Part shown: positions 29,714 to 38,712 of the stretch, piece after piece | How positions within the stretch are numbered: the first letter of the stretch is position 1 | How the letters are laid out: each line of letters opens with the position of its first letter | Origin: an uncultured bacterium | Lineage (GTDB): Bacteria > Patescibacteriota > Minisyncoccia > Phycocordibacterales > Phycocordibacteraceae | Direction: 5' to 3' | Length of the DNA stretch: 64,000 nucleotides | Assembly (NCBI GenBank): GCA_963851445.1 | Contig: CAWKPH010000001.1 | Coordinates: forward strand, 361,363 to 425,362 | Position numbers and translations under genes: made by a program | The notes under the pieces: model-generated | The model's database searches: none | Told to the model about the DNA's origin: nothing | The model's input: only the letters and a program-made list of their open reading frames with translations

Positions 29714-29752
29714 AAGCAAAAACCACCCCCTCGGGGGTGGTTTTTGCTTTAT
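29714..29752 (+). terminator. rho-independent terminator
   Basis: gcaaaaaccaccccc-tcg-ggggtggtttttgc followed by a T-run. Confidence 0.75.
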
Positions 29753-29899
29753 ATACTTCACTACAAAAACCAGGTAGCACAATATGCATGCTATCCTATC
29801 TGAAAGAGCATGAATTATTTTTTGGATTTTCTTAAATATGTTGCTGGATTTATTCTGATACTCGGTGTTGCGCTCTTCCTTCTTCACTACTTCACAACA

Positions 29900-30111
29900 A
29901 ACTCTTTGCTGTAGGCCTTGCTTTTAGGAGTTCCTCACGATACAGTGTCCCAGTACGGACCAAAGAAAGTAGGCAGTTCCTGAAAGGAACAGAAGACCTG
30001 CCGAGGGACGATCCTGAACTTAGCGCGTAAGCCAATTCAGGGTTCGAATGTCTCCATCGGTCCCGGCGCAAGTGGCTACGGGACTTTGTCCGTTTCGTAC
30101 AGAACAAAACT
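29900..30111 (+). promoter_or_regulatory. possible structured rplJ (L10) leader
   Basis: About 200-nt GC-rich hairpin-rich untranslated region directly upstream of rplJ. The assignment rests on position alone. Confidence 0.25.
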
Positions 30112-30603
30112 ATGGCAATCACTAAACAGAAAAAACAAGAGGTCGTAGCAAAAGTGAAAGATGCCGTGAAAGGAGCCTCGTCGATTGTATTCGTAAATTT
30201 CAAAGGACTCTCCGTTGAAAGCACGAGTGCGATGCGTCGCGATCTCAAGGAACAAGGTGTCGGCTACATGGTGGCGAAAAAAACACTTATTCAGCATGCG
30301 CTTTCAAATGAAAGCTACAAAGGTGAACTCCCGGAACTCCCGGGTGAAATAGCAGTTGCATGGAATACCGGTGATCCGACTACGGCAGCGCGTGCAGTCT
30401 ACACCAATGGCAAGAAATACCCCGACACTCTTTCGATTGTCGGAGGAGTCTTCGAAGGAGCCTATCAGGATGCCACCCACATGAACGTGATCGCAACCAT
30501 TCCGCCACTCCCTGTCCTTCGAGGCATGTTCGTCAATATCATCAATTCACCAATTCAAAGCTTTGTTATTGCGCTGAACCAGATCGCAGAAAAGAGTGCG
30601 TAA
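30112..30603 (+). CDS. rplJ: 50S ribosomal protein L10
   Basis: 163 aa. The N-terminal KQKKQEVVAKVKD...IVFVNFKGLSVE pattern is typical of L10. Confidence 0.9.
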   Translation: MAITKQKKQEVVAKVKDAVKGASSIVFVNFKGLSVESTSAMRRDLKEQGVGYMVAKKTLIQHALSNESYKGELPELPGEIAVAWNTGDPTTAARAVYTNGKKYPDTLSIVGGVFEGAYQDATHMNVIATIPPLPVLRGMFVNIINSPIQSFVIALNQIAEKSA

Positions 30604-30631
30604 TTATTTACAATATCTAAGAATATAGAGT

Positions 30632-31123
30632 ATGGCAGATGAAACAAGCGTAGAAGAAACCACAGCAGGGGCAGCTCCAGAAGAGACCAAAAAAGAAACA
30701 AACACTCCTGCAGCTGCTGTTCCTGAAAAATCAGAAGAAGCTGAAGTAGAAGTCCCAAAGAAATTTAAGCCGATGGTAGAGTTCATCGAGGAACTTTCTG
30801 TCGCCGAGCTTTTTGAGCTCGTAAAGATTTTTGAGAAGAAGTTCGGCGTTTCGGCAGCAGCGGTCTCAGCAGCAGCTCCTGGAGCCGCAGCTGGAGGTGC
30901 TGAGGAAGCAAAAACTTCATTTAATGTTGAGTTAAGCGATGTTGGAGCTAATAAGATCGCCGTTATCAAAGCTGTTAAAGAAGCTCTTGGACTCGGTCTT
31001 AAGGAAGCGAAAGATCTCGTCGATGGGGCGCCCTCAATGCTAAAGGAGAACGCAGGCAAGGAAGATGCGGATACTCTTAAGGCGAAAATCGAAGAGGCAG
31101 GCGGTAAGATCACTCTCAAATAA
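30632..31123 (+). CDS. rplL: 50S ribosomal protein L7/L12
   Basis: The C-terminal domain ([29 protein letters not shown]...GKITLK) and the hinge are canonical. The first 45 aa or so are an acidic low-complexity extension. An alternative start at the internal Met (about 30773, MVEFIEELS) is possible. Confidence 0.85.
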   Translation: MADETSVEETTAGAAPEETKKETNTPAAAVPEKSEEAEVEVPKKFKPMVEFIEELSVAELFELVKIFEKKFGVSAAAVSAAAPGAAAGGAEEAKTSFNVELSDVGANKIAVIKAVKEALGLGLKEAKDLVDGAPSMLKENAGKEDADTLKAKIEEAGGKITLK

Positions 31124-31147
31124 ATAATAGGGTCGGTTCAAACGGTC

Positions 31148-31185
31148 AAAGTCCTGCGTGTTTGCGCAGGACTTTTCCGTTTTTC
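31148..31185 (+). terminator. rho-independent terminator after rplL
   Basis: aaagtcctgcgtg-ttt-gcgcaggacttttccgttttt. Confidence 0.7.
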
Positions 31186-31234
31186 GTCAAGTCTTGCGGA
31201 TGTCATAGGAAGCTCGGTACAATGCCCACACATC

Positions 31235-31807
31235 ATGGAACCTCTTGCGCGGCTTTTCAATTCCCCGGCACGACTCAAACTCCTGCGCCTCTTCCTCTTT
31301 AATGATGACCTCTCATTTACTCTTCCCGAAGCGGCCTTTCGCATCAACATGCCTAAAGAAAGCGTGCGTAAGGAATTCAAGGTCCTGTTAGCAGCTGGAA
31401 TCATCCGTAAACGTGCAGGGAAGGGGATAGCTTCATATACCGCGAACCAACGCTTCCGTTACTACGAAGCGCTTCAGGAATTTGTACGAGCAACGACCAA
31501 TCTCACCGATGTCAGTATCTTGCGGCTCCTAAAGAAAGCAGGTAACCTTCGCCTCGTCGCTCTTTCGGGTCTATTCACGGGCGTGTTTGAAACGAAGATC
31601 GACCTGCTTATTGTTGGAGATCGTCTTGAAGACAAATATCTCAAAAAGGCTGTTCGCGAACTCGAAGCGGAACTCGGGCGTGAATTGCGCTATGCCATAT
31701 TCACGCTGGCTGATTTTCGCTATCGCGTGGGCGTTTATGACCGTCTTGTGCGCGATCTATTCGACTACCCACATCGCACCATTCTCGACAAGATCGGCGT
31801 CAAATAG
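31235..31807 (+). CDS. hypothetical wHTH plus minimal nucleotidyltransferase-like domain protein
   Basis: 190 aa. N-terminal wHTH-like segment. The central GLFTGVFETKIDLLIVGD resembles the GS...DhDhh motif of the minimal NTase fold. Confidence 0.4.
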   Translation: MEPLARLFNSPARLKLLRLFLFNDDLSFTLPEAAFRINMPKESVRKEFKVLLAAGIIRKRAGKGIASYTANQRFRYYEALQEFVRATTNLTDVSILRLLKKAGNLRLVALSGLFTGVFETKIDLLIVGDRLEDKYLKKAVRELEAELGRELRYAIFTLADFRYRVGVYDRLVRDLFDYPHRTILDKIGVK

Positions 31808-31970
31808 ACCCCCAATAAGATACTTACTTTTTGAGGAGTAGAGCTTTGACTTGTCCACATCCTCAACCCCGAACTATCCCCATCCTGCTACACTTTTGGT
31901 AGGCAGGACTGTTTACCTGCGAAGCCGATTACAAGCCAAATGTTAGCAATTTCCGTAATCTTCCATATCT

Positions 31971-32648
31971 ATGCTTCTTAACCAGTGGGCACTTGATCTC
32001 AATCAGGCATTCCTTAGCCTCGGCTACGGAGTCGTACAATTTATCCCGAATCTCGTCGTCGCCATCCTTATCTTCATCATCGGATGGATAATCGGGGCAG
32101 TGCTTGGACGAGTCGTTGCACAAATAATAAGCTCTCTTCGTGTGGACCAAGCCCTTCGTTCAGCTGGGGTCGAGCGTGTCATCCATCGTGCAGGATGGAA
32201 ACTCAATTCAGGTGCGTTCCTCGGCTTCCTGGTGAAATGGTTTTTTATCATCGTATTCCTTGTGGCTGCCCTCCAGGCACTCGGCCTCACGGAGGTAAGC
32301 GCGTTTCTTAGTACGGTGGTTCTCACCTATATCCCTCACGTCGTTGTGGCGGTGCTAATCCTGCTCGCTGCGGCAGTTATAGCTGATGCAGCTCAGCGTA
32401 TCGTTTCGGGTTCTGCAGCTGCGGCAAACATTCGATCCGCAAATCTTGTGGGTCAGATCGCACGCTGGGCGATCTGGATCTTTGCAATCCTTGCAGCACT
32501 CGATCAACTAGGGGTAACTCCATTCATTCAGACTCTCTTCACTGGTCTCATCGTCGCACTTGCGCTGGCATTCGGCCTCGCCTTTGGTCTTGGCGGTCAG
32601 CAAGCAGCCGCTGACTATATCCAGAATATGCGCGATCAGATCAAGTAG
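31971..32648 (+). CDS. membrane protein with duplicated conserved-TM-helix repeats (MscS-associated type)
   Basis: 225 aa. Four TM helices arranged as two similar halves. Confidence 0.5.
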   Translation: MLLNQWALDLNQAFLSLGYGVVQFIPNLVVAILIFIIGWIIGAVLGRVVAQIISSLRVDQALRSAGVERVIHRAGWKLNSGAFLGFLVKWFFIIVFLVAALQALGLTEVSAFLSTVVLTYIPHVVVAVLILLAAAVIADAAQRIVSGSAAAANIRSANLVGQIARWAIWIFAILAALDQLGVTPFIQTLFTGLIVALALAFGLAFGLGGQQAAADYIQNMRDQIK

Positions 32649-32682
32649 TTTCTTATACAGGCCTTTATATAGGTTCGTATAG

Positions 32683-32718
32683 AGAAAATCTCCCTCAAGT
32701 TTGAGGGAGATTTTCTAT
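32683..32718 (+). terminator. rho-independent terminator
   Basis: gaaaatctccctcaag-tt-tgagggagattttc plus a T-rich tail. Confidence 0.7.
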
Positions 32719-32746
32719 ACGCAGGTTCTCCTACAAGCACTTGATT

Positions 32747-32775
32747 TGACAGCGTAATCTCTAGCGTCTATACTT
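32747..32775 (+). promoter_or_regulatory. strong sigma70-type promoter upstream of 23S (TTGACA-17-TATACT)
   Basis: Perfect -35, a 17-nt spacer, and a 5/6 -10 match. Confidence 0.5.
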
Positions 32776-32850
32776 GCTTTTACGTGTCTACTACCACGAA
32801 ATTCTTCACCAAACGGAGCGGATAGGTCAGGCCGTAAGGCTTGATGCACC

Positions 32851-32875
32851 CGCCCCGCAAGGGGCTTTTTCTTTG
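32851..32875 (+). terminator. short GC hairpin plus T-run inside the 23S leader (attenuator or sRNA terminator candidate)
   Basis: gcccc-gcaa-ggggc-tttttcttt, about 75 nt downstream of the promoter. Confidence 0.35.
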
Positions 32876-33540
32876 GAGGAGTAGACACTGATCCTTGACA
32901 TCTGAATACGTAAATTAAAGGTATCAACGTCATGTTTCGAAAGAGACATGACAGTGAATTGCATTAGATCATAAAATTGTGGTGTTCAGGTTTCCGCACA
33001 GGAAACGTGAAGGGTGCACGGTGGATGCCTAGGCTTAGAAAGGCGATGAAGGACGTGACTAGTCTGCGAAATGCTCCGGGGAGGTGACTTGTAACCTTTG
33101 ATCCGGAGGTGTCCGAATGAGGAAACTCAATCCGAATGGATTACCTATCTCTATTGAAATAGGAGCAAACCCAGGGAAGTGAAACATCTCAGTACCTGGA
33201 GGAAAAGAAAACAACAGCGAGTTACTTTCCGTTCGCCCGATGCTTCGGGCGGATGGAAAGTAACTCTCGCGATTCCCTAAGTAGCGGCGAGCGAAACGGG
33301 AAATAGCCCAAACCAGATACTTCGGTATGTGGGGTTGTAGGGCAGAGGTTCCGTACTTGTATGGCAAGAGTTACAAAAGACTTATATAACGGAAACTGCT
33401 GGGAAGCAGTGCCCTAGAGGGTAATGGCCCCGTACGTGAAATATATGATCACTCTTGTGCTTCTATTCCTGAGTAGTTCGAGACACGAATAGCTCGGATG
33501 AATCTGCCGGAACTAACCGGTAAGGCTAAATACTTTCTAA

Positions 33541-33586
<46 letters not shown>

Positions 33587-34159
33587 GAAAGGGGAGTGAA
33601 ATAGAACTGAAACCGTGCACTTACAAAGGGTTATGGCGGGTGTTCGCATCCGTTATAGCGTGCCTATTGAAGAATGAGCCTGCGAGTGTATGTATGTTGC
33701 GTTGGCTAAATCCGTTATGGGATGGAGCCCTAGGGAAACCGAGTGTGAATAGCGCGTTTGTAGCATACATACGACCCGAAGCCAGGTGAGCTTGCCATGG
33801 GCAGGGTGAAGTTCAACGAAAGTTGGATGGAGGCCCGAACCCGTACGTCGTACAACGCGTTGGGATGACCTGTGGTAAGGAGTGAAAAGCTAATCGAACC
33901 TGGTAATAGCTGGTTCTCTCTGAAACATCTTTTGGGATGGCGTCGTGTGATCCTTCTGGGGGTAGAGCACTGGAAGGGATGAACAGGGAGAAATCTCGTC
34001 ATTCCTATCAACCTCCGAATACCAGAAATTAACAGCACGGCAGTTAGACCATGGGGGCGAAGCTCCATCGGTCAAAAGGGGAAGAGCCCGGATCGCCAGT
34101 TAAGGTCCCTAAATCGACACTGAGTACAACTTAAGGAAGTGAGAATCCTTCGACAATGA

Positions 34160-34191
<32 letters not shown>

Positions 34192-35065
34192 GATAGCGTA
34201 ACAGCTCACTCATCGAGGGTTCTTGCGCCGAAGATAATCGGGGTTAAGTGTCGTACCGAAGCTGCGGGTTTGTGCACTTCATAGAGAGTGTGTTTAAACA
34301 CGTCCTTTCTATGAAGTGCACAAGCGGTAAGAGAGCGTTCCGTTCTGCGATGAAGGATAAAGGGGTGACCCATTCTGGAGCGTACGGAAGTGAGAATGCA
34401 GGTACAAGTAACCACAATGCGGGTGAGAACCCCGCACGTCGAAAGATCAAGGTTTCCTCAGCTATGGTGATCAACTGAGGGTTAGTCGGGCCTAAGGGGA
34501 TGGCGAAAGCCGCACCCGATGGACACAGGGTTAATATTCCCTGACCGATTACACATGCGATGGAGTGACGGACGGCTGTACGTAGTGCCCATTATTGGAT
34601 TTGGGTCAGTGCCGTGAGGAGGTGTCCTAGGAAAATCCGGGATGCACATACTCCGAGCGGAAAGGCAATGCTCTTCTTCGGAGGGGCAGAGACTACGGAG
34701 CGCGGTTCCAAGAAAAACTTCTAAGCTTCAGTGTGTAACGACCGTACCGCAAACCGACACAGGTGATCAGCTCGAGTAGAGTAAGACGAACGAGTGAGAG
34801 GTCCTCAAGGAACTCGGCAAAAAAGCGGCCGTAAGTTAGCGATAAGGCCTGCCCCATATCAAGTTATAGGGCCGCAGCGAAAGATTTTCTGGCAACTGTT
34901 TACCAAAAACACAGCTCCCTGCGAACTCGTAAGAGGATGTATAGGGGGTGACGCCTGACCAATGCCGGAAGGTCAAGCAGGGACGGTAGTATAGATTTCG
35001 ATTTGTACGTGCTAGGCCCTATAAGCCCCGGTGAATGTCGGCGATAACTATAATCGTCCTAAGGT

Positions 35066-35258
35066 TCTGCATAGGATTCGTCCTATGCAGAACGGATTGG
35101 GACGATTATAGGAGACCGTAAACAGTTCTGAGAAGATTACGTCATTAAAAGCTACCTCTTTCTTTGGAAACGAAGATTGAATCCGCAACTCAAATGAGAG
35201 GCCATACGTTGCGCTCCCGAAAGGGATGAAGATATGGTCCTTCTTGAAGGAATAGAAG
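35066..35258 (+). other. intron-like / intervening sequence 1 in 23S (about 193 nt)
   Basis: It splits the universally conserved CCUAAGGU|AGCG(A)AAUUCCUUGUC sequence (E. coli about 1925-1931). It begins with a perfect hairpin, ctgcatagga-ttcg-tcctatgcag. It contains gggacgattatag, complementary to the upstream exon ctataatcgtcc. Confidence 0.5.
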
Positions 35259-35919
35259 AGCGTAATTCCTTGTCTGGTAAGTTCAGACGTGCACGAATGG
35301 CGTAATGACTGGAAAACTGTCTCGAGGACTCGCTCGGTGAAAATGCAATACCGGTGAAGATGCCGGTTACCTGTAGTTAGACGAAAAGACCCCAGGAGCT
35401 TTACTACAGCTTCATATTGAGGCTGCGTGGCTCATGCGTAGAATAGGTGGGAGGCTTTGAAGTGTCCTTTTCGGGGGACATGGAGCCGACAGTGAAATAC
35501 CACTCTTGAGTTGTGCAGTCTCTAACCTACATAAGAACTATGTGGGGACCGTGTGTGGCGGGTAGTTTTGGTGGGGCGCTATCCTCCTAAAAAGTAACGG
35601 AGGAGTCTATTAAGGTTGGCTAGGCGCGAATGGAAACCGTGCCGATAGTGTAAGGGCATAAGCCAGCTTAACTGCGAGACGTACATGTCAAGCAGATGCG
35701 AAAGCAGAGCCTAGTGAACCGATGGTTCGCCTTAGATGCGGCCAGAGATTAACGGATAAAAGTTACCCTGGGGATAACAGGCTAGTTCCGCCCAAGCGTC
35801 CATAGCGACGGCGGAGTTCGGCACCTCGATGTCGGCTCACCTTAGCGCGGGGCTGGAGAAGGTCCCAAGCGTTTGGCTGTTCGCCAATTAAAAAGGTACG
35901 CGAGCTGGGTTCAGACCGT

Positions 35920-36260
35920 GCAGAAATTAATTCTGGAATTTATTCTATGACTCGATTTCTGCACCGTCTGAATCCCTTTGAGATTTCTGTTATCAGAACT
36001 CGATAAAGTGCGAATGTGAATGTCTTTTCGTCGTACAAGACGAATAAGAACCAACCATGACACGGCGACGTGTGCAGGAATGTACAACGATCAATCAACT
36101 AATATCGGTAAAACCCGATCCGGAAACGGAGGACAATACCGAGGGAAATCGAAAGATTGACCCGTAGAGACTGAATGTTGATCACCTAGAACCGGTGAAG
36201 TTACAGTCCGATCCCTTCAGTAATGGAGGCGCATGCGTAAAGCAAGCATAAAACAAAATG
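35920..36260 (+). other. group I intron-like insertion 2 in 23S (about 341 nt)
   Basis: It splits GGGUUCAGACCGU|CGUGAGACAG, the equivalent of the E. coli 2593 site. The 5' exon ends in U and the insert ends in G. Internal accgtctgaa pairs 9/10 with the 5' exon end ttcagaccgt, which is IGS-like. No ORF lies inside. Confidence 0.55.
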
Positions 36261-36624
36261 CGTGAGACAGGTTGGTCTCCTATCTACTACAGGCGTTGAT
36301 TTTTGAGGAGAGTTGCCCCTAGTACGAGAGGACCGGGGTGAACTGACCTCTGGTCTACCAGCTGTCTGCCAAGGCACCGCTGGGTAGCTATGTCGGGATG
36401 GGATAACTGCTGAAAGCATATAAGCGGGAAGCCCACTCCAAGATTAGAAATCGTTATGAGACACCTAGAAGATTACTAGGTTGATAGGCTCTAGATGTAC
36501 GCACAGTAATGTGTTCAGTCGAGGAGTACTAATATGTCCAGTTTCTTGTGCGGAATTCTGTATGGCACAATTTGTTTGGTCGCATACATTATTTCATATA
36601 CTATTTACGTATTCTAGTACGAAC

Positions 36625-36752
36625 GTACCCAGAACGCTGGTGATTTGTCCGAAGGGCCACACCCGTTCTCATTCCGAACACGGCAGTTAAGCCTTCCTGA
36701 GCCGATGGTACTCGTAAGGGGAGAGTAGGTTGTCGCCAGCGTTCTGGGTACG
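36625..36752 (+). rRNA. rrf: 5S ribosomal RNA
   Basis: Helix I gtacccagaacgctgg ... ccagcgttctgggtac. Conserved loop ccgaacacggcagttaagcc and gccgatggtactcg. Confidence 0.8.
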
Positions 36753-36765
36753 TTTAAGTAAGGAA

Positions 36766-36804
36766 AAAGAACCTCCCACGCGAAAGTGCGGGAGGTTCTT
36801 TTTC
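36766..36804 (+). terminator. rho-independent terminator after 5S
   Basis: gaacctccc...gggaggttc hairpin flanked by A-run and T-run. Confidence 0.7.
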
Positions 36805-36820
36805 CTATATACTAGGAGAC

Positions 36821-37576
36821 ATGTCTTGGGCAGAGAACCGTAAACACGTGATCGAAGCTATACTTGTCGCTGTCGCTGTCGCATTTATCGCGATCGTTAC
36901 TATTGCAACTCTATACCGAACACCTTCATGTTTTGATCATAAGCAAGATCAAGGGGAGCAGGGAATTGATTGTGGTGGTCCATGTCCATATCTTTGCGCT
37001 GTAGACGAAATACCAGTGAGTGTTGGCTTTGTGCGCACGGTAAATCCAGAACCAGGACGCACCGACGTTATAGCGTATGTGAATAATTCAAATGCAAATG
37101 CAGGCGTGCAGGGCGCAGCGTATGAACTTGATCTCTACAGTGCTGAAAATAGGATCATCTCACATATAACGGGAACTATGAATCTTCCTCCATCGACGAT
37201 CTCACCGCTCTACATCCCAAATGCCTATGACGGTTCGCAACCCATCTCACAAGCTTTTCTCACGTTTGCAACTTCATCGATTAATTGGCTTCGTACATTC
37301 CAAAAACCGGTAGCGCCACTGCCAAGTAACATTGAGATAAAACAAGGAGAAACACCCAGCGTCACTGCAACAATAGAAAATTCCCTTGCGATACCGCTTT
37401 ATAATGTTGTCGAAGTGGCAACGGTATTTAATGCCGCGGGCAATGCGATTGCTGCTTCACAAACCGTTGTACCCGATCTTCCTGCGCAGGGCACGGCGCC
37501 CCTGACGTATACCTGGAACGAGCCATTCGCGCAACCACCGATACGAGTAGAGATTTTGCCCGCCTATGGCCCATGA
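36821..37576 (+). CDS. hypothetical membrane-anchored protein (Cys-rich N-proximal segment)
   Basis: 251 aa. Single N-terminal TM helix. Overlaps the ftsW start by 4 nt, which suggests an operon. Confidence 0.45.
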   Translation: MSWAENRKHVIEAILVAVAVAFIAIVTIATLYRTPSCFDHKQDQGEQGIDCGGPCPYLCAVDEIPVSVGFVRTVNPEPGRTDVIAYVNNSNANAGVQGAAYELDLYSAENRIISHITGTMNLPPSTISPLYIPNAYDGSQPISQAFLTFATSSINWLRTFQKPVAPLPSNIEIKQGETPSVTATIENSLAIPLYNVVEVATVFNAAGNAIAASQTVVPDLPAQGTAPLTYTWNEPFAQPPIRVEILPAYGP

Positions 37577-38709
37577 GCGAAGTTATTAAATGGCGTCCAT
37601 TTGCTGCATTCAAGATCGGATGGCCGCTCTATAGCATCGCACTTGCGCTGTCGTTCCTCGGTGTAATCACCATGAATACGTTTGGCGAGGGGGTATCCAT
37701 GGCGCCTCGCCAGCTCATCTGGATTACGCTAGCAACTCTCGTGTTCTTTGTATGCGCTATGAGCGATATGCGTTTCATTAGACGTGGGCAAATTATTTTT
37801 GCGAGCTACATCGTCGTCATTGTACTCCTTGCTGCACTCTTGGTAATAGGGCATGCGACGCTCGGTGCGAAGAGCTGGTTCAACTTTGGATTCTTCGCAT
37901 TTCAACCTGCGGATCCCGCCAAGCTCGTGCTAATTGCGCTCATGGCACGATACTTTTCGCGTCGACATGTGGAAATCGCGCATTTCCGTCATGTCATACT
38001 TTCGGGGGTCTACGCCGGCATACTCGTGTTACTCATTCTGCTTGAACCAGATCTTGGTATGTCCGTCATTTTTCTTTCTATATGGTTTGGCATGGTCCTT
38101 GTTTCGGGTATACCATGGAAACACCTCGCGATAGTACTCTTATTAGGACTAGTTGCCGCAACAGGACTTTGGTTTGGTGGTCTACATGCCTATCAGCGTG
38201 CACGCATAATGGCATTCGTAAATCCTGCAGCAGATATCCAAGGCACCGGATACAACGCATACCAGGCAGTAGTCGCTGCAGGCTCGGGTGAACTGTTTGG
38301 TAAGGGGATCGGATATGGCACCCAATCAAAACTTCGCTTCCTACCGGAATTCGAAACGGATTTCATCTTTGCTGCATTTGCCGAAGAGTGGGGTTTTATT
38401 GGCGTCATACTCGTACTAACCTTATACGGTTTGTTGTTGTTTCAAATGCTTGCACTCGCACGTAACATGTCGACTAATTTCGATGCGCTCTTTACCATCG
38501 GTGTTGCCGTACTTTTCCTTGCGCAGACTACTATACACGTCGGTATCAATCTAGGGCTCTTACCCGTTACAGGAACAACCATACCTTTTATGAGTTCAGG
38601 AGGCTCACACTTGGTTGTCGAGTACGCGGCACTTGGTACCATCGTCTCATTAGCACGCTTTGCGCGAAGCGTTCCGCGCGAGGCAGCGCTCGCGGAGTAT
38701 GAGGGCTAG
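37573..38709 (+). CDS. ftsW: SEDS-family peptidoglycan glycosyltransferase FtsW/RodA
   Basis: 378 aa with multiple TM helices. Carries the conserved SEDS segments (PADPAKL, RFLPEFETDFIFAAFAEEWGFIG, LPVTGTTIPFMSSGGS). Confidence 0.85.
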   Translation: MSEVIKWRPFAAFKIGWPLYSIALALSFLGVITMNTFGEGVSMAPRQLIWITLATLVFFVCAMSDMRFIRRGQIIFASYIVVIVLLAALLVIGHATLGAKSWFNFGFFAFQPADPAKLVLIALMARYFSRRHVEIAHFRHVILSGVYAGILVLLILLEPDLGMSVIFLSIWFGMVLVSGIPWKHLAIVLLLGLVAATGLWFGGLHAYQRARIMAFVNPAADIQGTGYNAYQAVVAAGSGELFGKGIGYGTQSKLRFLPEFETDFIFAAFAEEWGFIGVILVLTLYGLLLFQMLALARNMSTNFDALFTIGVAVLFLAQTTIHVGINLGLLPVTGTTIPFMSSGGSHLVVEYAALGTIVSLARFARSVPREAALAEYEG

Positions 38710-38712
38710 CAT

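Noticed and set aside
30604-31119. 171-aa minus-strand ORF antisense to rplL
   Set aside because: Ala/Ser-rich mirror-image low-complexity of the L7/L12 coding strand. The sense strand encodes a canonical ribosomal protein.
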